From positions 311,481 to 375,480 of the forward strand of contig NIVC01000046.1 of assembly GCA_002269645.1 (NCBI GenBank): a DNA stretch of 64,000 bases, written 5' to 3'. Below the pieces are notes generated by a model, which had not been told where the DNA came from, searched no databases, and saw nothing but the letters and a program-made list of their open reading frames with translations. Positions 46,510-57,655 of the stretch are shown here, in pieces (the first letter of the stretch is position 1; each line of letters begins with the position of its first letter). The translations under genes were made by a program, and so were the position numbers. Source of the stretch: Macrostomum lignano. Lineage: Eukaryota.

Positions 46510-46836
46510 GTGTGTGTCAAGGACGCCGTGGCCGTGGTTGCTCCCTCCGACACTGGACTCTACTCGAATCAGAGTCTCCGTAAGAGTTGCGCAACCCCGC
46601 GCCTCCGCGAGGCTGGTATGGGACGGGCGGATATCTGCCGTGTGACTGGCCACAGCTCCAGTGCAGTGGAGAAGTACATCGGTACCTCGGTGACCATGGA
46701 GAAACGCACGAGTGCACTGTTAAGTGGCTCCTCAACCGGCCAACCGGTGAGTGAGTCTCAGGTGACTGCGGCGCAGGTGCAAGTGCCCTTGCCTCCTCTG
46801 GAGGTGCAGGCTCCTACGAAGAAAAAATGCGCATAG
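46510..46836 (+). mobile_element. Crypton-type tyrosine recombinase, C-terminal catalytic fragment
   Basis: YSNQSLRKSCATPRLREAGMGRADICRVTGHSSSAVEKY matches the YR box II pattern (H)SLR.T.AT.L..AG....I...TGH.S.....Y; R, H and Y are retained and the first H is replaced by Q. Confidence 0.72.
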
Positions 46837-47277
46837 AGGCTTTTGGAGACAGCAACAGAGTGGTGTTCCACTTTGATTAGTTTCATCCTCCCTCCTTCGC
46901 TGACTCCCTCTGACACCCTCTGCTACAAGACTGCTTATAACTGTTCGTTGTTAGATTTTTCACTTTCGATCCCCATTTGTTGCTATTCAGTGTTGTCAAA
47001 CCGGTCTTGTTTCAAAAGTATAACAGCATCTTTGTGTTTCTACCAAAGACAATTATTTCTTGGCCTCCAAGAAACGCCTGATGAGAGTCTCAACTCATTT
47101 GAAAGAATGTTTTTTAGCCATAGACAATTATTTCTTGGAGTCCAAGAAATGAAAACACACAGAGGAGAAAGGCAGCTGGCCGGGCCAAAGCGGGGATTAA
47201 AGTAAATTTACTTGCATCGATGCAAAGTGAAATAAATAATTTATTGCACTAGTGCAAATAAATTAAAAGCTTAAAAA

Positions 47278-47480
47278 CATAGACGACTGCCCGGGGCAAG
47301 TGGGGGATACATGGTATATATTCCCCATTTATTTTGTTGTCTAGCGGGCAAAAGCAAGAGGTGTCTCGTTTATTGACCGAGGCGAAGCCGAGGTCAATGA
47401 TCGAGACACCGAGTGCTTTTGGCCCTAGACAGCTAAATGAGTGGGGAATATGATATGTATCCCCCGTTCGTTGTCTATGG
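47278..47480. mobile_element. ~200-bp palindromic (fold-back) element with CATAGAC...GTCTATG ends and a GGC-GAA-GCC apex
   Basis: The arms pair by eye: GGGGGATACAT/ATGTATCCCCC, ATATTCCCCA/TGGGGAATAT, GCAAAAGCA/TGCTTTTGG, GGTGTCTCG/CGAGACACC, ATTGACC/GGTCAAT. A truncated second left arm begins at 47565. Confidence 0.8.
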
Positions 47481-47645
47481 TTGTTGTCTCGAATTTAGCA
47501 GCCCGCGGGGCAGCGGGAAATAAATGATTTATTCACCTAGGGAAATAAATGAAAACATGCGTCACATAGACACTCGCCCGGGGCAAAAGGGGGATACATG
47601 AAATGGAGGTATGAATTAAGCGCGACACCCAAATAAATAAACATT

Positions 47646-48420
47646 TTGGATCTGTCCTGGTTTCCTGATCAAATGATCAGCGGTCTAACCAGTGCTGAAA
47701 TCGCGAAGCAAGTCCAACTGATTGATAGAAATTCAGAGATTAAGAAGATCATATTTGATGACCTGAACGAGAATATTGACGGACGAGCTGCAATTGAGGA
47801 ACTTTTTTCGCTGTTACCGGATTGCCAGACTGATAAGTTGAAGGCACTGCTGATGAAACAGCATGCAGGAAGACACCAAGGTCAAGTCGACGGCCAGACA
47901 AGAAGACAGGGCCGTGGATCGCTTTCGGTGATTCCTGGAAGAGTATGTGGCTCTCACCTGTGCCTCTTTCAACATGATCAGTTGCGAAGAAAAAGAACTA
48001 GCCAACAAGTTAAGGTATTTTTATGCTACGTTGCGCAAAGACCAACGGTAGCTACTATTCACCGGCAACTTTGATGTGCATGCGTGCCGGTCTTTTCCGT
48101 TTCCTTTTGCGCACTCGGCAGCAAGTAAACATCAGCGCAAGCGAGGCGTAGAAGGCTGTTTGTAGACTGTTTTGCAAAACGGTGGACGCACTTAGCACTT
48201 CGAGGTTGTGGAAAAAGAGGCCTTCAACGAGATACGTAACTACATAGACCGGTCTTTTGTCACAGTGCTGCTTCACAAAGTTAATTTCATTGTTTATTAT
48301 TTATGCTGGCTAAATAAAGCAAAACGCCATCAACTATTGCTGCACGCTGGCAGCGTGCGGTATTGCGTGAAGTTATGGGTTTTTACACGCAGTCTATGGC
48401 AATACCTCGTATAAAGTAGG
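47646..48420 (+). pseudogene. Degenerate Crypton-type tyrosine recombinase, N-terminal half
   Basis: Across frameshifts and stops: DTKVKSTARQEDRAVDRFR*FLEE, ELANKLRYFYATLRKD, NGSYYSPATLMCMRAGLFRFL, LLHKVNFIVYYL. These resemble the Crypton/ZMYM-KCTD1 (DUF3504-associated) pattern L..F....RK.DG..Y.P.TL..R.GL.R.L. Confidence 0.65.
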
Positions 48421-48861
48421 CTACGGCTAGTTTGGCAATGTACTTTCCTGTGCACCCGAGCCGCCCCACCAAACTGATGCGATTTCAAGCCATTCATTGT
48501 TTTGCTTTGAACATGAATTTGCAAAAACAGACTCAGTACAGTTGACACACTGAGCAGCTTTTTACATCTCACAGTGGGCCATTAAATGCATTTAAAGATC
48601 TCACACTGTACTGAGGCACAATGGGTCAGCTCAGCCTCATCAAGTACAGCTTGGGGTGGCCGCTGCAGCTGCAGCCTCTCCGTTGCCATGCTGGGTGCAC
48701 AGAGGCGAAGGCGGAGGATTCAGCGCTCATGCTCGGGAGAGAAGCTTCTGTTGCTTGCTCAGGCCGGGGGTGGTTGGCCTCGCCAGAGGCTGAAAAAGGG
48801 AGGGCAGCTGAGAGATGAGGCGGTAAAATCTTTCTGGCAACCGGCTGCACAAACCTTTGAA

Positions 48862-49102
48862 ACATCTGCCACTTTGACAGCAGCCGTGACTGACATCTGC
48901 CACTCTGACAGCAGCCGTGACTGACACCTGCCACTCTGACAGCAGCCGTGACTGACATCTGCCACTCTGACAGCAGCCGTGACTGACATCTGCCACTTTG
49001 ACAGCAGCCGTGACTGACATCTGCCACTCTGACAGCAGCCGTGACTGACACCTGCCACTCTGACAGCAGCCGTGACTGACATTTGCCACTTTGACAGCAG
49101 CC
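48862..49102. repeat. 31-bp tandem repeat GACAGCAGCCGTGACTGACATCTGCCACTCT
   Basis: About 7.5 copies upstream of the ankyrin exon. Confidence 0.93.
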
Positions 49103-49464
49103 AAGGGTGATAGGTAGGATTCAAAAAGTTTAATAAAAATTCGTTTTTTAAAGGTCAAACCCCCCTCTCATTCTGTCTTGTCTATCTCCGTTTTCCTCCC
49201 CTTTTTCACTTTACTCTACCACTTCCGCCCTTGTACTAATAGTCTTTAACTTTAATTAATCAACACCGCAGAATGGATATATCTATCAGTGGAAGGATTC
49301 AAGTAACCAAATGGTAGTTAAAATGAGGTAAAACTCTTTAAAACTCTTTTTCAAAAAATTCACAACCGTATATAGCAGCCCCTTCTCCACATATTTCTCC
49401 CTCCCTCCCCGCATCCCTTTCTCCCCTCCTCTTTCCCTTTCCTTCCACTGCTTCACTATCTTCA

Positions 49465-52163
49465 ATGTCACCAAGCTACATTTTAACTATCAACAGTCGC
49501 ACAATGGACCAAAACCAAAGCCGCCAACTTCGAGAACAATCTCGACTGGCTGGAAGGCTCGGTGACTTGGAAGACGTCAAGTCTCTTGTTCAAAAATTCA
49601 CTGACCAAGCAAAAAGAGATCACTGCTGCATCGAGGCTGCCGAATCTGCTGTAAGAAATGGTCAGTGGGATGTCGTCAAGTTTGTAGTGTCGACAGTCGC
49701 TGACCAAGGAGAGAGAGATCAGTGCTGCATCCGGGCTGGAGAAAAGGCTGTAAGAAATGGTCAATGGGATGTCGTCAAGTTTTTCGTGCCGATAATCGCT
49801 GACCAAGCAGAAAGAGATCAGTGCTGCATCGAGGCTGCTAAATATGCGGCAGAAAATCGTCAGTGGGAAGTCGTCAAGTATCTCGTGCAGACAGTCGCTG
49901 ACCAAACGAAAAGAAACAACTGCTGCATTGACCTTGCGAAATCTGCTGAATTTCATCGTCAATGGGAAGTTGTGAAGTTTCTAGTGAAGACAGCAACTGA
50001 CCGGACAAAAAAAGATCAGCTCTGCACCAACGCTGCAAAATCTGCTGCAAGAAATGGTCAGTTAGAAGTCGTTAAGTGTCTCGTGCCACAAGTCGCTGAC
50101 CAAGCAAACAGAGATCGCTGCTGCATCGAGGCTGCGGAATCTGCTGCAAGAAATGGTCATTTAAAAGTCATCAAGTTTCTCGTGCAACAAGTTGATGACC
50201 AAACAAACAGAGATCGCTGCTGCACAAAAGCTGCAGAATCTGCTGCAAGAAATGGTCATCTAGAAGCCGTCAAGTTTCTGATACCGACGGTCGCTGAAAG
50301 AGATCAGTGCTGCATTGACGCTGCGGAATCTGCTGCATACAGTGGTCACTTGGAAGTCGTCAAGTTTCTCGTCCAGACAGTCGCTGACCCAACAAAAAAA
50401 GATCACTGCTACATCGAGGCTGCCAAATCTGCCGCAAGAAATGGTCACTTAGAAGTTTTAAAGTTTCTCGTCCAGACAGTCGCTGACCAAACAATAAGAG
50501 ATCAGTGCTGCATCAAAGCTGCGAACTGGGCTGCTATGAAGGGTCACTTAAATGTCGTCAAGTTTCTCGTGCTGACAGTCGCTGACCAAACAAAAAGAGA
50601 TCAGTTTTGCATCGACGCAGCAAAATCTGCTGTGAGCATTGATCAGTGGGAAGTTGTCAATTTTCTGGTGCTGACGGTCGCTGACCAAACAAATAGAGAT
50701 GATTGCTGCATGAAAGCTGCTGAATCGGCTGCAACCAAGGGTCACTTAGAAGTTGTCAAGTTTCTCGTGCCGACATTCGCTGACCAAACAAAAAGAGATG
50801 AGTGCTGCATGAAAGCTGCAGAATCGGCTGCAACCAAGGGTCACTTAGAAGTCGTCAAGTTTCTCGTCCATACAGTCGCTGACCAAACAAATAGAGATGA
50901 TTGCTGCATGAAAGCTGCAGAATCGGTTGCAACCAAGGGTCACTTAGAAGTTGTCAAGTTTCTCGTGCCGACATTCGCTGACCAAACAAAAAGAGATGAG
51001 TGCTGCATGAAAGCTGCAGAATCGGCTGCAACCAAGGGTCACTTAGAAGTCGTCAAGTTTCTCGTCCATACAGTCGCTGACCAAACAAAAAGAGATCAGT
51101 GCTGCATGAAAGCTGCAGAATCGGCTGCAACCAAGGGTCACTTAGAAGTCGTCAAGTTTCTCGTCCATACAGTCGCTGACCAAACAAATAGAGATGATTG
51201 CTGCATGAAAGCTGCAGAATCGGCTGCAACCAAGGGTCACTTAGAAGTCGTCAAGTTTCTCGTGCCGACAGTCGCTGACCAAACAAAAAGAGATGAGTGC
51301 TGCATCAAGGCTGCTGAATCTGCTGCAAGCAATCGTGAGTGGGAAGTCGTCAAGTTTCTCGTCCATACAGTCGCTGACCAAACAAAAAGAGATGATTGCT
51401 GCATCAAAGCTGCTGAATCTGCTGCGAGAACTCATCAGTGGGAAGTCGTCAAGTTTTTGGTGCCAACAGTCGTGGACCAAACAAACAGATATCAGTGCTG
51501 CATCGAGCCTGCGAAATATGCTGTAAGCATTGGTCAGTTAGAAGTCTTAAAGTTTCTCATCTCGTGTCTCTCAAGTCCGGATCAGAGAGCGAATCTCCGT
51601 TTCCAATGCGCAGTCGCGGCTTGCTCTCGTATTCACGAAGATGTCGTTGCCTCCCTCGGCCTCGAGCCCGACTGGCTCTTTCAATCCAGCTCCATCCTCA
51701 GCTTCACTGCAGCAATGGCCATCGAAGGAAGGAACTCTGTTCTCACCAGCACCCTCTCTCGAATGCAGCCAGCTCACATCACACAGCTGCTTTGTCTCTC
51801 CATCTCTCAAAGACACGTCGCTATTGCTGTCACACTGATCAATGATAACCGAGTCAGCACACAGCATGTCGATCTGCCAGACAACACTGGAGCCACTGCT
51901 CTCATGCTGGCAGCTGATGCAGGTCATCACGAGGTCATTGAGAAACTCATTGATCTCGGTGCGTCAGTGCGTGCTGAAGACAGTCAGGGTCGGACTGCTC
52001 TGTCACGAGCGTGCGAAGCCGGTCACGTGCGAGCAGCCAAGGCTCTGATAGACAGAGGAGCGAATGCGAGTCATCGAGACGGTCGGGGTCTGACGTGTGC
52101 GCAGGTGGCACAGCGGTTTGAGCAGCGGCAGGTGCTGCGACTGCTGGATCTCAGTGGAGTGGG
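49465..52163 (+). CDS. Exon 1 of the ankyrin-cGLR gene: 20 tandem 33-aa Cys-Cys ankyrin-like repeats plus 3 canonical ankyrin repeats (899 aa)
   Basis: Uninterrupted ORF. The array at 49600-51570 has consensus ADQTKRDxCCxxAAxSAAxxGHLEVVKFLVxTV. C-terminal canonical repeats are TGATALMLAADAGH and QGRTALSRACEAGH. The ORF's TGA lies inside a perfect GTGAGT donor at 52164 (phase 2). Confidence 0.92.
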
Positions 52164-54006
52164 GTGAGTGACTTGACTAACGTGACTTGACTCAGCTGCA
52201 GTGAAATATTTTAAATATGGTATCGTTCTTCTGGTCTCTCACTCCTATGGCTCTATGTCTACTTCAAGTATTAATGTGAGAGCCAAATAACTGAGGCGGC
52301 GGATTCAACTGACTTTTCCTGATGATGCAAACACTTGATTGTAACTTACAGACCGTTGTATTTGATGGTCACAATCTCGAGATGTACTCGTAATCTTACA
52401 AAATTTAATGTCTAAGATGGAATTCCAAATAAGAAGCTCGTTCAGCTCAAGTTACAAGGAGTTTCTGATTGTTTGAGTGAACCGAAGGTTCAGTCTATTG
52501 TGGAGCGTGGGTTGGTTGTTGGTTTAGTTTTAGTTAGTCAATTTATCAGTTTTGGTGTTTTGGTTGATATCCTAACTGTGTCAATCAAAGGTTGTCCTGC
52601 GGAGAGAGCGTGCAAAATAAGGTAGGCAGAGGAGAGGCAAAAGAGGGGAAAGAGGGGCGGACTAGAAAGGGGAAGAGAGGCGAGCTTCTTGCTTGGTTAA
52701 AATGAGCTTTTATAGTTACTTTTCAGTCTTGGTCGCATTGGTTGTTGCATAGGTACTTTCCATTGGTTGGGGTCGTGTCCTCAGCTTTTGCTAGTTGAAG
52801 CGCATTCATTGGTTAAAATACACTCGATCTGGATGGGAACTTTCTTAGGGCCAAAATGTGTCACTTCAGAAGGCGGTTCTAGGCATCCGGATGCGGCGAA
52901 GAGGCGTGTGTTGCCAACCATTTTGCTAACCCCTCGCGACCACGGGCAGCTAGTGCTGCGGTATCGTACAGTGCCAGTGTTATGCCAAGGATTATCCTAG
53001 GCAGAAAAGTACTCGCCTGGGTGCTGTGACTGTAAGCCAAGCCGAACCATAAACAAAATGATTTGCTTGCCAGCGCACCCTACGCTTTAGCGATCTACGC
53101 GTAACAAGAGCAAGCTAGGCTTGCAGAAATAAATATCAAGACTTGCTCATTTGATTTGTCATTAAAAAGCAGAAGACACAACAGCGGCATCGCAAGCAGG
53201 ATGGCACCACCAACACCGGCATCTGAGAAAAATGGCATCGCCAGTGAAGTCTGCAGCAAAGACGGTGACTAAGGATGGCAAAGTGCCACTGCCTTCGAGT
53301 CTGGAAGGAATCGGCCAAACTGCACAATTCCACCAGCCAATGATCGGAAACAAAATGCTTAACATGATCGACATTGAGAAGCTGGAGGAAGGAAAGTCAT
53401 TTTTACGATGTATGGAACGCTTCACAGTTACGGCCAATCTCTGCAAATAGGTAGAAGAAGAAAAGGCGCAGATTTTGCTCATGCGTCTGTCTGCTGGTCT
53501 GTCCGACACTCTGGCGGATCATCTCGCTCCTACATTACCGAGCACAATGTCTTTCGAAGAGCTCAAAAAGGCGCTGAAGGAGATCCTGGTGCCTAAAACA
53601 TATGTTTTGTCTGAACGGTACGCCTTTCAAAATGCCAAAAAGACGCAAAAGAGGGCATTCGAGAATTCGCTGAGAGGCTGCTCAAAGCGTCGGATAAATG
53701 TGCATTTAGCAACAAGGAGGAACGGCTCCGGGACCAATTCATCTGCGGACTGAATGATAAGGTCATCATAGCAAAGCTGCTAATCCGAGATTTTGAGGAG
53801 CTAACCTTCAAGGCTGCTGTGGCGGAAGCCGAGGCGTATGCGTCACTGAAGAACACACAAATAATGCAGTCAGCGACGGCATCAAAAGCAGAAGGGACGG
53901 TCATGAAAATCGGCAGCTCAAAACCAACACTGTCATCCCACCCAGAGGAGACAAGAAGTGCCCTCGGTGTGGTGGCAACCAGCATCCAAAGACAGCATAC
54001 CCGGCT

Positions 54007-56319
54007 ATGGGAAAAACCTGCAAGAGATGCGGTAAGCCAAACCACTTTCAAAAGGCATGTCGGTCAAGCGTATCCGGTCAAAAGAACTTTGTGGCTCAGG
54101 ATTCTAAAGAAAGAGACATTTTGCACACTGACACTGGCAGAGAAGCGTCGTGCTCTACAGTGAAGCTGGCATGTCAAGTGGAAGGCAAAATGCAATCCAT
54201 AATCTGTCAGATTGACACGGGAGCTTCAGTTTCAGTTCTGTCCAGCAAGCTGTGGTGGAAATTTGGAAAGCCGAAGTTGCAAGGTAGCACCTCGACTTTG
54301 GTGGGCTACACCGACGGACACAAATTCGACCAATTGGGTTCATTGCCTGTCGTCACGGAATGGAAAGGAAGAAACATCAAGATTACGTTTCAAGTAGTAC
54401 GCTCAAACCGCAACTTTGCATTGCTCGGACGAGATGTCATCAAACTCAATCCGGAATGCGTCTCTATTGGACATACAGAGATGAAGGATTCAGTTCCGTT
54501 CAAGGCAAGCTTACGATTAGTCGATGGCGCAGTGCCCAAGTACATCAAAGCGAGGCCTGTGCCATTCGCATTGCGTGAGCGTCTGAAATGCGAGATCGAC
54601 AAGCTTGTGACTGACGGAGTTATCAAGCAAGTTAGCTTTTCGCAGTGGGCGTCACCCATTGTGACTGTGCAAAAACCCAATGGCGGTCTCAGGATCTGTG
54701 TCGACTATAAGACGACAGTCAATCCACAGCTACAGCAGGATAGCTACCCGTTGCCGACAGTTGAAGAAGCATTCGCAGCAGTGACAAATTGCAAATACTA
54801 CACGATTCTGGATCTCGAGAAGGCATATAACCAGGTGCACCTAGATGACTCTTCCAAAGATATCACTGTGATGTCTACACCATTCGGGAACTTCAGATAC
54901 AACCGCCTTGTCTTCGGGTTAAAGACTGCCCCCAGTATTTTCCAACGTTACATTGTGGAAGTGATTCAAGGAATTTTTGAAGCAGCAGAATATGTCGATG
55001 ATATTCTCATTGGCGGCGAGACCAAAGAAGACCTCAGAGACAGAGAAGCTGAAGTTAGAGCACGGTTGGCCAAGCACAACTTGACAGTAAACGAGGAAAA
55101 ATGTCAGATAATGCAGACTTGTGTCCGCTTTCTGGGTCACATTCTCGAGTCAGGGACAGTGAAGCCAGATGAAGAGAAGGTGCGTGCGTTAAGGGAGATG
55201 TCAGCCCCTAAAAATCTACCGGAATTGGAATCGTTTCTTGGCCTCGTTAATTTATGCGGTAAATTTATTCGCAACCTCGCAGAACTCATTGAGCCCCTGT
55301 CACAGCTTAGACGCAGAGGAGCCGAGTTCACTTGGACAGACAAGCACGAACAAGCCTTCAATAAGATCAAGATGGCACTGTCGACTGAGTCTATGTTGCA
55401 TTCGTACGATCCGAAGAAACCAGTGGAAATCGAATGTGACGCTTTGCAGGTGGCCATTGGTGGCGTGCTCTCTAAGGAAGGCAGGCCCATAATCTCCATT
55501 AGCAAGTTGTTGTCACCGGCAGAGAAGAGGTATTCGCAGATCGAACGCGAAGCATTGGCGATTGTCTGGGGCATTCGGCGATGTCACCGGTTTTTTTGTG
55601 GCAGAGAATTCTCGCTAGTAACTGACCACCGCCCTCTGACCTTCGTGTTCGGACCCTCCAGTCAGCTACCAGAAAGGGTTTCGGCGCGCCTGCAAAGATG
55701 GGCTATTTTATTGTCCGGCTACGACTACAGCATAACATATCGGAAGTCGGCGGAGATGCGATCTGATGCACTATCTAGGCTTGTAAACGCTTCGATGGAG
55801 GCTCCAACTCACGCGATTGGTGCAATCCATCTTTCAGAAAGTCATCTGCTCAAGCTGACCGATATTCGGTTTTGGTCCAGGAAGTGCCACGAACTGCGAA
55901 ATCTCCGAGAGGCAATTCAAACTGGACAGTTCTCGAACAGTGAGATGCGTAGCTACAAACCACTGGCTGGAGAACTATCAACTGAGGGAGACTTGGTGCT
56001 TCGTGGGTTCAAGATAGTCTTGCCAGTTGCACTTCGAGATAAAGCAGTGAACGCAGCTCACGGTGTACACCTAGGCATGGCACGCACTAAGTCTCTATTG
56101 CGCGAGTACTTCTGGTGGCCAGGTGTCGATAAGGCGGTAGAGCGTGTAGTTGGTTGTTGTCTGACATGCAAGAAGGCGAAGCCTCTAAATCGGAATTTCC
56201 GAACTTCATGGCAAGCACCACAAGTCCCCTGGGATCGAATTCACATCGATTTTGCGGGTCCGATGGAAGGACAATATTTGCTCGTTATTGTTGATTCTCA
56301 TTCGAACTATGAACTATGA
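54007..56319 (+). CDS. pol: Gypsy gag-end/pol: CCHC knuckle, protease, RT, RNase H, integrase Zn finger
   Basis: CKRCGKPNHFQKAC, DTGAS, LRICVDYK, FGLKTAPSIFQ, YVDD, IECDA, TDHRPL, HLGMARTK..C..C, RIHIDFAGP. The frame is broken by a GAACTAT duplication at ~56304-56335; the integrase core continues to ~56800. Confidence 0.93.
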   Translation: MGKTCKRCGKPNHFQKACRSSVSGQKNFVAQDSKERDILHTDTGREASCSTVKLACQVEGKMQSIICQIDTGASVSVLSSKLWWKFGKPKLQGSTSTLVGYTDGHKFDQLGSLPVVTEWKGRNIKITFQVVRSNRNFALLGRDVIKLNPECVSIGHTEMKDSVPFKASLRLVDGAVPKYIKARPVPFALRERLKCEIDKLVTDGVIKQVSFSQWASPIVTVQKPNGGLRICVDYKTTVNPQLQQDSYPLPTVEEAFAAVTNCKYYTILDLEKAYNQVHLDDSSKDITVMSTPFGNFRYNRLVFGLKTAPSIFQRYIVEVIQGIFEAAEYVDDILIGGETKEDLRDREAEVRARLAKHNLTVNEEKCQIMQTCVRFLGHILESGTVKPDEEKVRALREMSAPKNLPELESFLGLVNLCGKFIRNLAELIEPLSQLRRRGAEFTWTDKHEQAFNKIKMALSTESMLHSYDPKKPVEIECDALQVAIGGVLSKEGRPIISISKLLSPAEKRYSQIEREALAIVWGIRRCHRFFCGREFSLVTDHRPLTFVFGPSSQLPERVSARLQRWAILLSGYDYSITYRKSAEMRSDALSRLVNASMEAPTHAIGAIHLSESHLLKLTDIRFWSRKCHELRNLREAIQTGQFSNSEMRSYKPLAGELSTEGDLVLRGFKIVLPVALRDKAVNAAHGVHLGMARTKSLLREYFWWPGVDKAVERVVGCCLTCKKAKPLNRNFRTSWQAPQVPWDRIHIDFAGPMEGQYLLVIVDSHSNYEL

Positions 56320-57269
56320 ACTACTCGAACTATGACACGGGACATGACATCCACTACGGTGATCTCGAGGTTGAGAAGAACATTCTCCCAGCTAGGGGTA
56401 CCGAGAGTCCTGGTGTCCGACAATGGATCAAGCTTTGTTAGCTAAGAGACACGAGTTTGGTTGACTCAAATCGGGTGCGATCATGTAACAACCCCAGCAT
56501 ACCACCCAGCTAGCAACGGTCTGGCTGAGCGATTTGTTCGTACAATAAAAGAAGCTGTCAGTGCAAATGGATTTTCCAAAGCCGCAATCGACAGGTACCT
56601 TCTATTCTACCGTGCATCAGCGGGCAAAGGAGACACATCACTAGCAGTATTACTGATGGGAATAAAACTGCGTGTACCTTTGATGTCAGCAGCTGGATGG
56701 AGTCCTGGTGAAACCGTAGTTTACAAGATGGAGAAGTCAACACACGAGGCCAAGCTGATCAAGCCATTAGGAATACCGCAATTGTCAAGCTGGAAGACGG
56801 AAAATTCCAGAAAGTGCACAGAGATCAAATTCAACGAACAAGCTCAAACCCGAAGTCTCAGGAAGACGATCAATTAGATTCGAACAAGAATGTCAGCATT
56901 GGAAACCCAATGATGCGTGAAAACGATGGCAACCCTGGTGGAAAGCATGTGCACGATGACGATGGCATTTCGGAACTGCAAATGGATTCTCAGTCCGAGT
57001 GGACCATACGTTTAAGCCAGCTATACCAGAATTACCACGGCGCAGCACACGGCTGGAGCAAAAGCCAAAAGTGAATTACAAGGAGTGACTATTTTGAGAC
57101 TTCCTTCATCACTCAAGTTTGGGACTTAAACTGTTCAAGTTATTTTTATAAAAAGGGGAGACGCTGTGGCTATAAGCCAAGCCGAACCATAAACAAAATA
57201 ATTTGCTTGCCAGCGCACCGTACGCTTTAGCGATCTACGCGTAACAAGAGCAAGCTAGGCTTGCAGAAG

Positions 57270-57655
57270 TATAAGATAATCCCCACTTGATTTCGTTTCT
57301 TTGGCCTAGGAACGGCTGAGGACTGCGTCCTCAGTCGAAGTCGTTCTAGGTCAAACTGAGTCCGAAGTCGTTCTAGGTCATAGACAACCAAATCAAGTGG
57401 GGGTTATAATATTTAATTGCCGCAGCCAGCGGGAGGAAATGAGACTACCATAGACAATTATTTCTTGGCCTCCAAAAAACGCCTGATGGGAGTCTCAACT
57501 CATTTGAAAGAATGTTTTTTAGCCATAGACAATTATTTCTTGGAGTCCAAGAAATGAAAATACACGGAGGAGATGGCAGCTGGCCGGGCTAAAGCGGGGA
57601 TTAAATAAATAAAAAGACAAGAGTCGAAGATCGGCTGGTTAATTTAACATTTTAA
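57270..57655. mobile_element. Non-autonomous CATAGAC-family element inserted in the Gypsy 3' LTR
   Basis: Absent from the 5' LTR. Contains an inverted copy (57276-57325) and a direct copy (57388-57449) of the 46340-46432 region, and a direct copy (57446-57610) of 47040-47205. Confidence 0.8.

Noticed and set aside
52164-52167. Treating the 900-aa ankyrin ORF as a complete stand-alone gene
   Set aside because: The stop overlaps a consensus GTGAGT donor and phase-matched downstream exons exist; kept only as a possible isoform.
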